The notes under the pieces are model-generated. The model did no database searches. It was not told the origin of the DNA and was given only the letters and a program-made list of their open reading frames with translations. From positions 1 through 44,649 of the forward strand of contig JAGYLS010000006.1 of assembly GCA_018400815.1 (NCBI GenBank): 44,649 nucleotides of DNA. The letters run 5' to 3'. This document shows positions 1 to 9,200 of this stretch, piece after piece (the first letter of the stretch is position 1; the number at the start of each line of letters is the position of its first letter). The position numbers were made by a program, and so were the translations under genes. The stretch is from Candidatus Oleincola secundus. Its GTDB lineage: Bacteria > Atribacterota > Phoenicimicrobiia > Phoenicimicrobiales > Stramentimicrobiaceae.

Positions 1-67
1 ACAAAATATATTTTATCATAGTTGAGTAACAATAATCAAGTAAACAGATAATATTATTTAAAATTGT

Positions 68-307
68 TTTATTTAACCTGAAAAAACTTTTAAGAAGGTG
101 GTCATGGTTAAATAAATTGGTTTATCATGAAAAAGATCAAGAGAAGCTATCTGACAATTTTTTACCTGAAGTCCAAAGCAGGCAGTTGTATTGCTTAGAG
201 ATATTCAGTTCAAATACAAGAAAAAAGTAGAACAAGAAGTAACCAAGAAAAGGTTAAACCTCTTGAGGGGTTCTTAAAGCCACCTGCTATGCGGGTGCGA
301 TATTTGC
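68..307 (+). mobile_element. Non-autonomous IS200/IS605-like hairpin-ended repeat, copy 1 (near full length)
   Basis: Left palindrome TTTATTTAACC(68-78)...GGTTAAATAAA(106-116); internal TTTTACCTGAAGTCCAAAG shared with 33473-33720; right end AAACCTCTTGAGGGGTTCTTAAAGCCACCTGCTATGCGGGTGCGATATTTGC shared with five other copies. The repeat is seen directly; the family assignment is inference. Confidence 0.75.
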
Positions 308-350
308 AGTTGTATTTTAATAATATAAAAATATTTCAGAAGGTGATTTT

Positions 351-908
351 TTGATGAGAATTATAGCAGGTTTATATAAAGGATTCCCTTTACAATCATT
401 TCCAGGCAAAAGTGTTAGACCCACACCATCCAAAGTAAGGGAAGCTGTGTTTGACATACTGGGATTCAAAGTTATTGAATCTGATTTTTTAGACTTATTT
501 GCAGGAACAGGTGCTATTGGTATAGAAGCCCTTAGTAGGGGAGCAAAAAGAGTTACTTTTGTAGAGATAAATGGGCATGCGATAGATTTAATAAAAACGA
601 ATTTAATGAAAATTAATCAAAATGATTTTTCAAACATTATAAATAATAATTATATGCAGTCATTAAAAATGCTAAACTTTCAACAGAAGAAATTTGATAT
701 TATTTTTTTAGATCCACCTTATTATAAAAATATTACCCAAAAAACATTATATGAAATTGAAAGACACTATATTTTAAAAAGAAATTCTATAATAGTAGCA
801 CAACATCAGATCAATGAAGATGTGCAGGGGAGTTTTAAAAAGTTATCCTGTCTTAAAGAAAAAAGATATGGAAAATCTAAAATTACTCTTTTTAACTATA
901 AAGAATAA
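351..908 (+). CDS. rsmD: 16S rRNA m2G966 methyltransferase RsmD
   Basis: MRIIAG...RPT...VREAVF, LDLFAGTGAIGIEALSRGA, FLDPPY; adjacent to coaD; start TTG351 or ATG354 after GAAGGTGA. Confidence 0.95.
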   Translation: MMRIIAGLYKGFPLQSFPGKSVRPTPSKVREAVFDILGFKVIESDFLDLFAGTGAIGIEALSRGAKRVTFVEINGHAIDLIKTNLMKINQNDFSNIINNNYMQSLKMLNFQQKKFDIIFLDPPYYKNITQKTLYEIERHYILKRNSIIVAQHQINEDVQGSFKKLSCLKEKRYGKSKITLFNYKE

Positions 909-932
909 ATACTCATTAAAAAGGAGATATTA

Positions 933-1448
933 ATGATAAAGGCTATCTATCCAGGAAGTTTTGATCCAATCACTAATGGACATCTTGATATTATTAAAAG
1001 GGCAAGCAATATATTTGATAAAGTAATTGTGGTTATAGCAGAAAATTCACGAAAAAAATCTTTTTTCTCAATTGAAGAAAAAAAAGTAATGATTAATAAA
1101 GTAGTTAAAGATTTAAAGGGAATTGAAGTCCAGTCTTTTAATGGGCTATTAATCGACTGTGTGCGTTCAAACAAGGCAAATGTAATCCTGAGAGGCATGA
1201 GGGCAATTTCTGATTTCGAATACGAGTCTCAATTTGCTCTTATTAATAAAAAAATGGCTCCGGAAATTGAAACAATTTTTATGGTAACCAGTACAAAATA
1301 TTCTTATCTTAACTCCAGCATAGTGAAAGAAATTGCCTCTTTAAATGGTTGTATCACAGATTTGGTACCAGCATATGTTGCCAAACAATTGAAAATAAAA
1401 TTCAGTAAATATCGCACCCGCAAAGCGGATGGCTCTAAGAACCCCTAA
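933..1448 (+). CDS. coaD: Phosphopantetheine adenylyltransferase CoaD (last 14 codons and stop come from repeat copy 2)
   Basis: AIYPGSFDPITNGHLDII, RGMRAISDFEYE, SSIVKEIA. Confidence 0.97.
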   Translation: MIKAIYPGSFDPITNGHLDIIKRASNIFDKVIVVIAENSRKKSFFSIEEKKVMINKVVKDLKGIEVQSFNGLLIDCVRSNKANVILRGMRAISDFEYESQFALINKKMAPEIETIFMVTSTKYSYLNSSIVKEIASLNGCITDLVPAYVAKQLKIKFSKYRTRKADGSKNP

Positions 1449-1528
1449 AAGAGGTTTAACTTTTTCATGGTAAACCCAATTTATTTAACCATTACTTCCT
1501 TCTAAGAAGGGGGTAATGGTTAAATAAA
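1405..1528 (-). mobile_element. Repeat copy 2 (internally deleted, both ends kept)
   Basis: Reverse complement reads TTTATTTAACCATTACCCCCTTCTTAGAAGGAAGTAATGGTTAAATAAATTGGGTTTACCATGAAAAAG|TTAAACCTCTTTTAGGGGTTCTTAGAGCCATCCGCTTTGCGGGTGCGATATTTAC, matching both ends of copy 1. Confidence 0.8.
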
Positions 1529-1529
1529 T
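1479..1529. terminator. Long palindrome between convergent coaD and tmcAL; possible bidirectional terminator (left end of repeat copy 2)
   Basis: ATTTATTTAACCATTACTTCCTTC-TAA-GAAGGGGGTAATGGTTAAATAAAT; no clear U-tract, so function is inferred from position. Confidence 0.45.
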
Positions 1530-1539
1530 ATTGATACTA

Positions 1540-2838
1540 TCAATTATCTAAAATTATAATTTTCTTGGTATAATCCTGGGCTCCTAGTCTGGCCATTTTT
1601 GGTTTATATCCCAACACATATAGGTTCGTTGCCAGTATATCGTAATTTAACATTTTTTGTACCATTACATCTCCACTAAGCTTATTTTGTTGGTAAAAAT
1701 TTTTTAATTTAATAATAATAGGCAGTTTTGATTTCGATTTAATTTTTTTAAGCACAATTTTACCGTTTTCGGTCATTCCGAGAACCCGACAATAGGGAGG
1801 CCCTTTCTTGTTAAAAGCTATAATCTCTTTATGTGTCAAATTAAATAAACTATGAATTAATATCCTTTGTATCCTGGTCCTGGTGTAGCGTTTACTTTTA
1901 GTTTTTTGTATTAAATTTTCAATGTTAAAAGATGATATAGCACTTTCTTTTAGCCTATTTTCTAATCCTTCTTGAATACCATGTATTTCTTTGATTTCAT
2001 CAATTGACATTCTTCTTAGTTGACTAAAAATTCCCTGTTCAAAACATGATATAGTAATAGGATTAATACCTTTTTTTAGTTCATCTAGAATTATTTGATA
2101 TGAAGAAGAAGGCATAGATGAGCTTAATCCCTCTAAAGGAATATGATTATTATTAAAAATATTTTTAAATATTCTTTCTCTTATTGCAGTAGCACTGGAA
2201 TATTTTCCTTCTAATTTATCCTGTGAATAGTCTGAACCAATACGATTGATTGGAAATGGTTTAATAAGGCTATTTGTTTTTTTTAAAGATATCATATATT
2301 CTAAAGCCAAAACATTATTGGGTTGTTTCAATAGTTCTTTCAATTTTTCTATTGAATTGTTCTTAAATTTAGTTCCAAATTTTTTATAATATTTTTCTAT
2401 TGCCTTTTCTCGTATTTTTGGGAAATTTCCTCCTTTTTTTACCTCTTCTTTTAGTATTTGCTGGAAATAGAGTGGTTCTTTTTTTAATAATTCTACTAAT
2501 TCATTTAAACATGCTATCTGGCTATTCTCACAACCAAAAGAAACACAATCTACAATACCCAGAGAATTCAAAAGTTGAATACCGGCATGGGCAAACCCAC
2601 GGGCATCTTGGCTTGCAAAAACAAATGGAATCTCAATAACAAGATCAATTCCAGCTTTTAAAGCCATTATAGTACGAGTCCATTTATCTAAAATAGCCGG
2701 TTCGCCTCTTTGAAGAAAATTCCCACTCATTATAGCAATACTATATTTAGCTCCGGTTATTTCTTTTGATTTTTGCAAATGATATAGATGTCCATTATGA
2801 AAAGGGTTATATTCAGCAATAATTCCTATTGTTTCCAT
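1540..2838 (-). CDS. tmcAL: tRNA(Met) cytidine acetate ligase (HIGH nucleotidyltransferase, YlbM family)
   Basis: GIIAEYNPFHNGHLYHL, MSGNFLQRGEPA, PNNVLALEY, SATAIR, KRYTRTRIQR. Confidence 0.93.
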   Translation of the reverse strand: METIGIIAEYNPFHNGHLYHLQKSKEITGAKYSIAIMSGNFLQRGEPAILDKWTRTIMALKAGIDLVIEIPFVFASQDARGFAHAGIQLLNSLGIVDCVSFGCENSQIACLNELVELLKKEPLYFQQILKEEVKKGGNFPKIREKAIEKYYKKFGTKFKNNSIEKLKELLKQPNNVLALEYMISLKKTNSLIKPFPINRIGSDYSQDKLEGKYSSATAIRERIFKNIFNNNHIPLEGLSSSMPSSSYQIILDELKKGINPITISCFEQGIFSQLRRMSIDEIKEIHGIQEGLENRLKESAISSFNIENLIQKTKSKRYTRTRIQRILIHSLFNLTHKEIIAFNKKGPPYCRVLGMTENGKIVLKKIKSKSKLPIIIKLKNFYQQNKLSGDVMVQKMLNYDILATNLYVLGYKPKMARLGAQDYTKKIIILDN

Positions 2839-2866
2839 GTCTTTCCTCGATAAATGGTATTTTTTA

Positions 2867-2875
2867 TGCTATAAT
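2867..2875 (+). promoter_or_regulatory. Extended -10 promoter element for pta
   Basis: TGCTATAAT about 60 nt upstream of the pta ATG; SD AGGAGG follows. Confidence 0.5.
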
Positions 2876-2934
2876 TATACATCAATTTTTCTTAATTATT
2901 AAAAAGAATTATTTAGGAGGGAAATAAAGTCGCT

Positions 2935-3936
2935 ATGAATATCTCAGAAAATATTAGAGAAAAGGCCAAAAAAAACATCAAAAAAATTGTTTTGCCTGAA
3001 GGAGAAGAATCCAGAATGATTGAGGCTGCAAAGATTATTTATCGAGAAGGATTTGCAAAACTTGTTTTCTTGGGAAAAGAGGATAAGATAAGAGAAGTTG
3101 CAAAAAAATACAATGTAATTTTTCCAGAAGAAATTGAAATTATCGAACCAGAAAATTCTGGTAATCTGGAGAACTACGCTGAAATATATTACAACTTAAG
3201 AAAGAATAAGGGAATTTCCCGGGATGAAGCAAGAGAACTGCTAAAAAATCCACTCTATTATGGAGCCTTGATGGTCTATCAAAATGATGCAGATGGATTA
3301 GTAGCAGGCTCAATCCACGCAACCGGTGATGTTTTTAGACCTGCCTTACAAACAATCAAAACATCCAGTAATGTTAAAATTGTTTCAAGCTCTTTTATTT
3401 TAATTGTTCCTGATTGTTCATACGGTGAAAATGGTGCAATTTTGTTTGCCGATTGTGCTTTATTCCCTGATCCCAATGCTGAAGAATTGGCGGATATTGC
3501 TATTGCCAGTGCAAATACTGCGAAAGTTTTAATAGGCGTTGAACCAAAAGTTGCCATGCTGTCATTTTCTACCAAAGGCAGTGCTAAACATCCATTGGTA
3601 GACAAAGTTGTACAGGCTACCGATATTGTCAGAAAAAAAGCCCCTAATTTAAAAATAGATGGTGAACTTCAGGCAGATGCAGCATTGATTCCAGAAATAG
3701 GAAAAAGAAAAGCTCCTGATAGCAAGATAGCCGGAGAGGCAAATGTACTTATATTCCCGGATTTGCAAGCTGCTAATATTGCATACAAATTAGTACAAAG
3801 ACTTGCAAAAGCCGATGCAATAGGACCTATTTCACAAGGAATGCGCAAGCCAGTAAATGATTTGTCCAGAGGTTGTACCGCTGAAGAAATTGCAGATGTA
3901 GTTGCAGTCACAGCTCTGCAAGCTCAGGGAATCTAA
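2935..3936 (+). CDS. pta: Phosphate acetyltransferase
   Basis: [48 protein letters not shown]. Confidence 0.96.
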   Translation: MNISENIREKAKKNIKKIVLPEGEESRMIEAAKIIYREGFAKLVFLGKEDKIREVAKKYNVIFPEEIEIIEPENSGNLENYAEIYYNLRKNKGISRDEARELLKNPLYYGALMVYQNDADGLVAGSIHATGDVFRPALQTIKTSSNVKIVSSSFILIVPDCSYGENGAILFADCALFPDPNAEELADIAIASANTAKVLIGVEPKVAMLSFSTKGSAKHPLVDKVVQATDIVRKKAPNLKIDGELQADAALIPEIGKRKAPDSKIAGEANVLIFPDLQAANIAYKLVQRLAKADAIGPISQGMRKPVNDLSRGCTAEEIADVVAVTALQAQGI

Positions 3937-4008
3937 TAATAAATTGCACGTTATCTTCTTAAGATATTTTAAAATGATATATATAATGTAACTAATATAA
4001 ATATATAT

Positions 4009-4036
4009 TTGCAAAAATATAATTATTTAATATAAT
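4009..4036 (+). promoter_or_regulatory. Putative sigma70/sigmaA promoter for rpmF
   Basis: TTGCAA-16 nt-TATAAT; the AT-rich context lowers specificity. Confidence 0.45.
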
Positions 4037-4093
4037 ACTTAATTGTTATTAATTAACAAAATAACTATTAATGCTCTAAAAGGAGGAAAAAAA

Positions 4094-4294
4094 GTGGCTT
4101 GCCCGAAAAGAAAGATATCAAAATCCAGAAAAAATAAACGAAGAACTCATTGGGTAGAAAAGTCAATTAACCTAATAGAATGTCCCAGATGCCATGAATT
4201 TAAACTTTCCCATCATGTTTGTCCCTCTTGCGGTTATTACAATGGAGAAAAAATTATAGAAGAAAAGAGTGTTTCTGAAGCAAAAGCAAACTAG
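4094..4294 (+). CDS. rpmF: 50S ribosomal protein L32 (zinc-binding C4 form)
   Basis: GTG start 7 nt after AGGAGG; (M)ACPKRKISKSRKNKRRTH, CPRC...HHVCPSCGYY. Confidence 0.96.
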   Translation: MACPKRKISKSRKNKRRTHWVEKSINLIECPRCHEFKLSHHVCPSCGYYNGEKIIEEKSVSEAKAN

Positions 4295-4361
4295 ACTTTA
4301 GCTATTACGATTTCCTTATTTCTAGTTTATCAATAAGTTTATATATAACGATTATTATTGG

Positions 4362-4389
4362 ATAGAGTGTCAATATTTTGACACTCTAT
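4362..4389. repeat. Perfect 12-bp inverted repeat downstream of rpmF
   Basis: ATAGAGTGTCAA-TATT-TTGACACTCTAT. Confidence 0.7.
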
Positions 4390-4536
4390 AACTTTGTTAA
4401 ACTAATATTTAATCATATTTTAATATTATAAAATCATAATATATAAAATACTTTTCAGGATTTTATATATTAAAGCGCTTAATCTTATTAAAAGAAGTAA
4501 AATATTAAGGCTAGAAAAAATTTATAAATATACTAC

Positions 4537-4565
4537 TTGATTTCATTAAATATATTATATATACT
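4537..4565 (+). promoter_or_regulatory. sigma70/sigmaA promoter of the fapR-acpP-rnc-smc-ftsY operon
   Basis: TTGATT-17 nt-TATACT. Confidence 0.6.
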
Positions 4566-4589
4566 AGCAGTCAATAGTAGTAACAACTT

Positions 4590-4606
4590 TTAATAGGTAC
4601 TCTTAA
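4590..4606. promoter_or_regulatory. Putative FapR operator
   Basis: 17-bp imperfect palindrome TTAATAGGTACTCTTAA (TTAnnA-n5-TnnTAA format of FapR boxes) between the promoter and the fapR start. Confidence 0.55.
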
Positions 4607-4623
4607 AATATGATTTTAATTCA

Positions 4624-5181
4624 ATGCTAAAAAATATGCCCAAGGAAAAAAGACAGGAAAAAATAAGAGATAAAATATCTAATAACCCTTTTCTATCAGA
4701 TGAACAGTTATCAAAAATGTTCAGGGTGAGTATTCAGACAATTAGACTAGACAGATTAGAGATGAGAATACCCGAGATGCGAAAAAGGGTAATGATGCTT
4801 GCCCAAAAAGCGTCATCAAAAGTAAAGGCATTAAATAAAAACGATATCATCGGGGATTTGATTGATATTGAATTAGGTAAAAGTGGCATTTCCACTATGC
4901 GCGCTACTAAAGATATGGCCTTTGATAAAAATAAGTTAGTAAGAAGTCATTATATTTTTTCTCTGGCTGATTCATTAGCCATGGCAATTATCGATGCTGA
5001 CGTTGTTTTAACTGGAGTTGCTCGCTTAAGATATAAGAACCCTGTTTATGCAGGTCAACTTTTGGTAGCCAAAGCAAGAATTGCTACTATAAAAAGCAAC
5101 AAATACTTGGTTTCTATACATATAAGATGTGATAGTGTTGAAGTGTTTACCGCAAAATTAATCATGGTTTCATTGGATTAA
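4624..5181 (+). CDS. fapR: Malonyl-CoA-sensing transcription factor FapR
   Basis: NPFLSDEQLS...VSIQTIRLDRLEMRIPEMRKR HTH plus hot-dog domain (RSHYIFSLADSLA). Confidence 0.93.
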   Translation: MLKNMPKEKRQEKIRDKISNNPFLSDEQLSKMFRVSIQTIRLDRLEMRIPEMRKRVMMLAQKASSKVKALNKNDIIGDLIDIELGKSGISTMRATKDMAFDKNKLVRSHYIFSLADSLAMAIIDADVVLTGVARLRYKNPVYAGQLLVAKARIATIKSNKYLVSIHIRCDSVEVFTAKLIMVSLD

Positions 5182-5227
5182 GAAATATTTTACCTTAATA
5201 AATTTATAGAAATAAGGAGTTTTTAAG

Positions 5228-5458
5228 ATGGAAGTAATGGAGAAAGTAAAAAAAATTATTGTTGATCAGTTAGGCGTTGAAGAAGATAAAGTAAAGGAAG
5301 ATTCTTCATTTATTGATGATCTAGGAGCTGATTCTTTGGATATTGTTGAACTGATTATGGCCTTTGAAGAAGAATTTGATATTGAAATATCTGATGAAGA
5401 TGCTGAAAAAATTAAATTTGTAGGAGATGTAATTCGCTATTTAGAGAACAAACAATAG
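5228..5458 (+). CDS. acpP: Acyl carrier protein
   Basis: [21 protein letters not shown] phosphopantetheine site. Confidence 0.97.
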   Translation: MEVMEKVKKIIVDQLGVEEDKVKEDSSFIDDLGADSLDIVELIMAFEEEFDIEISDEDAEKIKFVGDVIRYLENKQ

Positions 5459-5498
5459 TCTAAAATGGTGTTTTCTTTCTGTTTCCCTAAAAATTAAT

Positions 5499-6215
5499 GT
5501 GTGCAGAAGGGGGCTAATTAATATAAATTTAAGCAATCTAGAAACAAAATTAGGATATAAGTTTAAGGATAGTAAACTTTTAGAAAGAGCCCTAACGCAC
5601 ACTTCATACTTTAACCAAAAAGAAAAAAATGAAATCAATCACTTTCAGAGACTAGAATTTCTCGGTGATTCAGTTTTAAATTTATCCGTAAGTGAATTAT
5701 TATATAAGAAATTTCCTTTTTTCTCAGAAGGCAAGTTATCTAAATTAAAATCTGTAATCATTAGTCAGCCATTTTTGGTCAAGCTTGCCGATTATATCAT
5801 GCTAGAAAAACATATTATTATTGGAAATAGCGTTGATTTGTCAAGAGGAAGGGGGAAATTTTCTATTTTGGCTGATTGTATGGAAGCATGTCTTGGGGCA
5901 ATTTATTTAGATAGTGGCTTGAAACCGTGCAAAAAAATCATTATTAATTTCATTAGCAATGAACAAATGGATTTGTTGCTGGATGAGCGTGTTATCAGAA
6001 ATTACAAAACTTTTTTGCAGGAAATAACCCAAAAAAAACTTAATTGTCTACCATTCTATAAAGTCCTAAAAGAAGAAGGGCTTGATCACCAAAAGAAATT
6101 TTACATCACTGTTCTTATAGATAATAATATTTTTGGCAAAGGTACTGGTAAAAGCAAAAAAGAGGCCGAACAAGATGCTGCTTATCAAGCTTTAAAAAAG
6201 ATGAAGGTTATTTAA
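5499..6215 (+). CDS. rnc: Ribonuclease III (true start may be ATA at 5523)
   Basis: ALTHTSY, QRLEFLGDSVL, ADCMEACLGAIYLDSG, dsRBD GKSKKEAEQDAA. Confidence 0.96.
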   Translation: MCRRGLININLSNLETKLGYKFKDSKLLERALTHTSYFNQKEKNEINHFQRLEFLGDSVLNLSVSELLYKKFPFFSEGKLSKLKSVIISQPFLVKLADYIMLEKHIIIGNSVDLSRGRGKFSILADCMEACLGAIYLDSGLKPCKKIIINFISNEQMDLLLDERVIRNYKTFLQEITQKKLNCLPFYKVLKEEGLDHQKKFYITVLIDNNIFGKGTGKSKKEAEQDAAYQALKKMKVI

Positions 6216-6230
6216 GAAAGGCATTTTAAA

Positions 6231-9200
6231 GTGTATTTAAAGGAAATTGAAATCAAAGGTTTCAAATCATTTGCAAATAAAATAAAATTGACTATCACGC
6301 CTGGCATTACAGTTATAGTTGGACCAAATGGCTGTGGAAAGAGTAATGTAACTGACGCAGTAAGGTGGATTCTTGGTGAACAAAATATACGTTCACTGAG
6401 AGGAAAGAATTTAACTGATATGATTTTTTCCGGTAACAAATATCAGAAAATGCGTAATCTTGCTGAAGTATCTATTTTATTTGATAATGTCGATCGAAAA
6501 TTACCTATTGATACTGAACAAGTTGAATTGAAAAGAGTTATTTACCGTTCCGGTACTACTGAAAACTATATTAATGGATTGCCCTGTAAATTAAGAGACA
6601 TTCACGAACTTTTCTGGGGAACTGGTTTGGGGAAAAACTCTTACTCTATTATAGCCCAGGGAAAAGTAGATTTTGTTCTTAATTCAAAACCTTCCGAAAG
6701 AAGAATTTTATTTGAGGAAGCAGCAAATATTTCCAGTTATAATAATAAGAAAGAATCTGCTATTAAAAAGCTTGATCTAGTAAAAAATAACTTGCTAAGA
6801 ATTAATGATATTTTATTAGAAGTTAAAGAAAACCTTTCTTACTACCAAAAAAAGGCAAATGATTTAAAAGCATATCACTCCTATCGTGATTATATTAGAA
6901 AATTAGAATTCTATCTTTTAAGTCAACAGTATATGTTATATGAAAAAAATACAATGAAATACGATAAGAAATTAGCCGATTTAAGTCTTGAAATAGTAAA
7001 AATTGAAAACTTAATGAAAGATAGCAAAAAAAGAATAATACAAATAGAAGAGAAGAAAGAATATCTGGAAAAAAAGTTAAATGATACCGAAAAATGTTTT
7101 CAGGAAAGTGAAAAAGAAAAAATTAATTATAATAATCAACTAATTGTATTAAAACAGAAAAAATCCGAACTAAGTCAACGCATAAGTAGTACATATGAAG
7201 ATATTGATAATGCTAATAAGCAATTTAAAAAATTCAAAGATAGCATATCTAATATAGAAAAAGATATACAAGAAACGGAATCTAATTATAAAATAATTAA
7301 TGAAAATTATGCTGAGAATAATTTACTGTTAAAAAAATATGATGATGTATTTACTTATTATAGTAAAATGATTTCTAATGTTGAAGAAAATAATAACACT
7401 TTTGCCAATAAATATATTCATAAATATAGAGAAGAAAAAATAAAAGAAGAAACAATAATGAAATCCTTAGAATCTTCTCTTCTAACAATTGAAAAAGAAA
7501 TTCTTTCAATAAATGATAAATTAATAGACAACAAAAAGAGGCTTTGCAGTATAGGAAAAAATATAACTTACTATGAAAGTGAATTAGTACGTTTGCAAAA
7601 AGAAAAAAGTGAAATAGGAAAAACATTAAATAAGAATAAACTAGTTATTGATCAAGAATACAACATAATTCGCAAGCTTGATAATGATATTATTCTAAAA
7701 AATAAAGAAAAAGATTTCCTGTTAGAATTAACAAAAAATAATCCATATAAAAAAACAGAAATTAACGAAGATATCTTTAAAAAATATTTTAAAGATATTA
7801 GATTATTGCAAGAAGTTTATGAAATCATTCAATATATTCCTGATAATCTAAAACATCTCATGCATTTTATTTTAGATAATCAATTAAAGCTTATAATGGT
7901 TAGCAATTCAGAGATGATCGCTGATATAGACCAATTTTTAAAAGTAAACAAATTAGGAAAAATAAGACTAATTTCTAATGATGTTGCAGAAAAGGTAGAT
8001 TTAAAATCAAAAAAGGAAAATATTAATCAATATTTGAGTCAAGAGAAAGTACTTGGGGTTGCTAATAAACTAATTAATTATTCATCTGAATTCAATAATT
8101 TATTTGAAATATTGTTAGGACAGGTATTAATCGTTGAAGATATGGAAAGTGCCCTTAATCTATATAAAAATTTAAAAGGCCAATGGGCAATTGCCTCTTT
8201 GGATGGTATGTTAATTGCTGTGAATGGTTTGATTATGTTAAATATTTTATCTGAAAATAAAGAAACTAACAATAATCTTTTACCAGAAGATAAAATTGAG
8301 CAACTCAAAAAAGAAATTCATTTTATAAATAAAAAGAAAATAGAACAGCAAGTAGTTTTTGATAATTCCAAAAATGATAATAAGGAATTAACCAGGAAGA
8401 CAGAACAACTGGATCAACAACTCAAAAATTATGAATATAAACTAAGTAAAGAAAACAACATTTCCATAGAAATAAATAAAAAAATAGCCGAATATGAAAA
8501 CCAGTTAAAATCTTTAACTTTTAAGAAAAAATCCGAAGAAAAAAGAATACAAAGTTTAATGAAAAGCATTGAACTATCTAAATCAGGTATTAATAAGGTT
8601 GAAGAATATATAGATTCTTTTCAATCTTTTTATCAATATATCTTAAAAATAAATAATCTTTGCCTTAAAAATATAGATTGGCTAAAAAAAGAACTTGAAA
8701 ATGATAATATGAAAATCAATTGGAATGAAGAAAGAAAAGCGCTTATGCAAAATAGAACAGAAGAAATGAATCATTTTATTCAGACTTATAATCAGGAGGA
8801 AAACCAAAGACAGGTTAAGATAACTCAGTATAAGAATGAAGAAATACAGCTAATGAAACAGAAATCTATATTAGAGAAAAAATTAAAAGAAATAATGCAA
8901 CAAAGGAAATTATTAGATAATGACCGAATAAAGTATAAAGAATCCACAAAGGAACAGGAAAATATATTAAGAAAAACCCATGAAAATATAGAAACAAATC
9001 AAGGCAAATTAGAAGAAAAAAAGAATATATATCATGAAGTTGAAATGAGCAAAGTACAGAATCAAGAAAAAACAAACCATTTGTTAAACACAATCAAAAA
9101 TCAATATAATTCCTCTGTAGATGAAATTATATTACATAAAAATGAAGTCAATAGTCAAAAAGAAGCTTATACAAAAATCTCAAAATATAAAGAAAATATT

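Noticed and set aside
160..200. CCTGAAGTCC block as a hammerhead ribozyme core
   Set aside because: The core requires CUGAnGA plus GAAA with three stems; here it is CTGAAGT or CCGAGGT and the stems are absent.
1406..1531. TAAATAT direct repeat flanking copy 2 as a target-site duplication
   Set aside because: The same bases (RTATTTA) are part of the conserved right end in the other copies, whose flanks show no duplication.
4362..4389. CIRCE (HrcA) operator
   Set aside because: The half-sites only resemble TTAGCACTC/GAGTGCTAA, are in the opposite order with a 4-nt spacer, and no chaperone gene follows.
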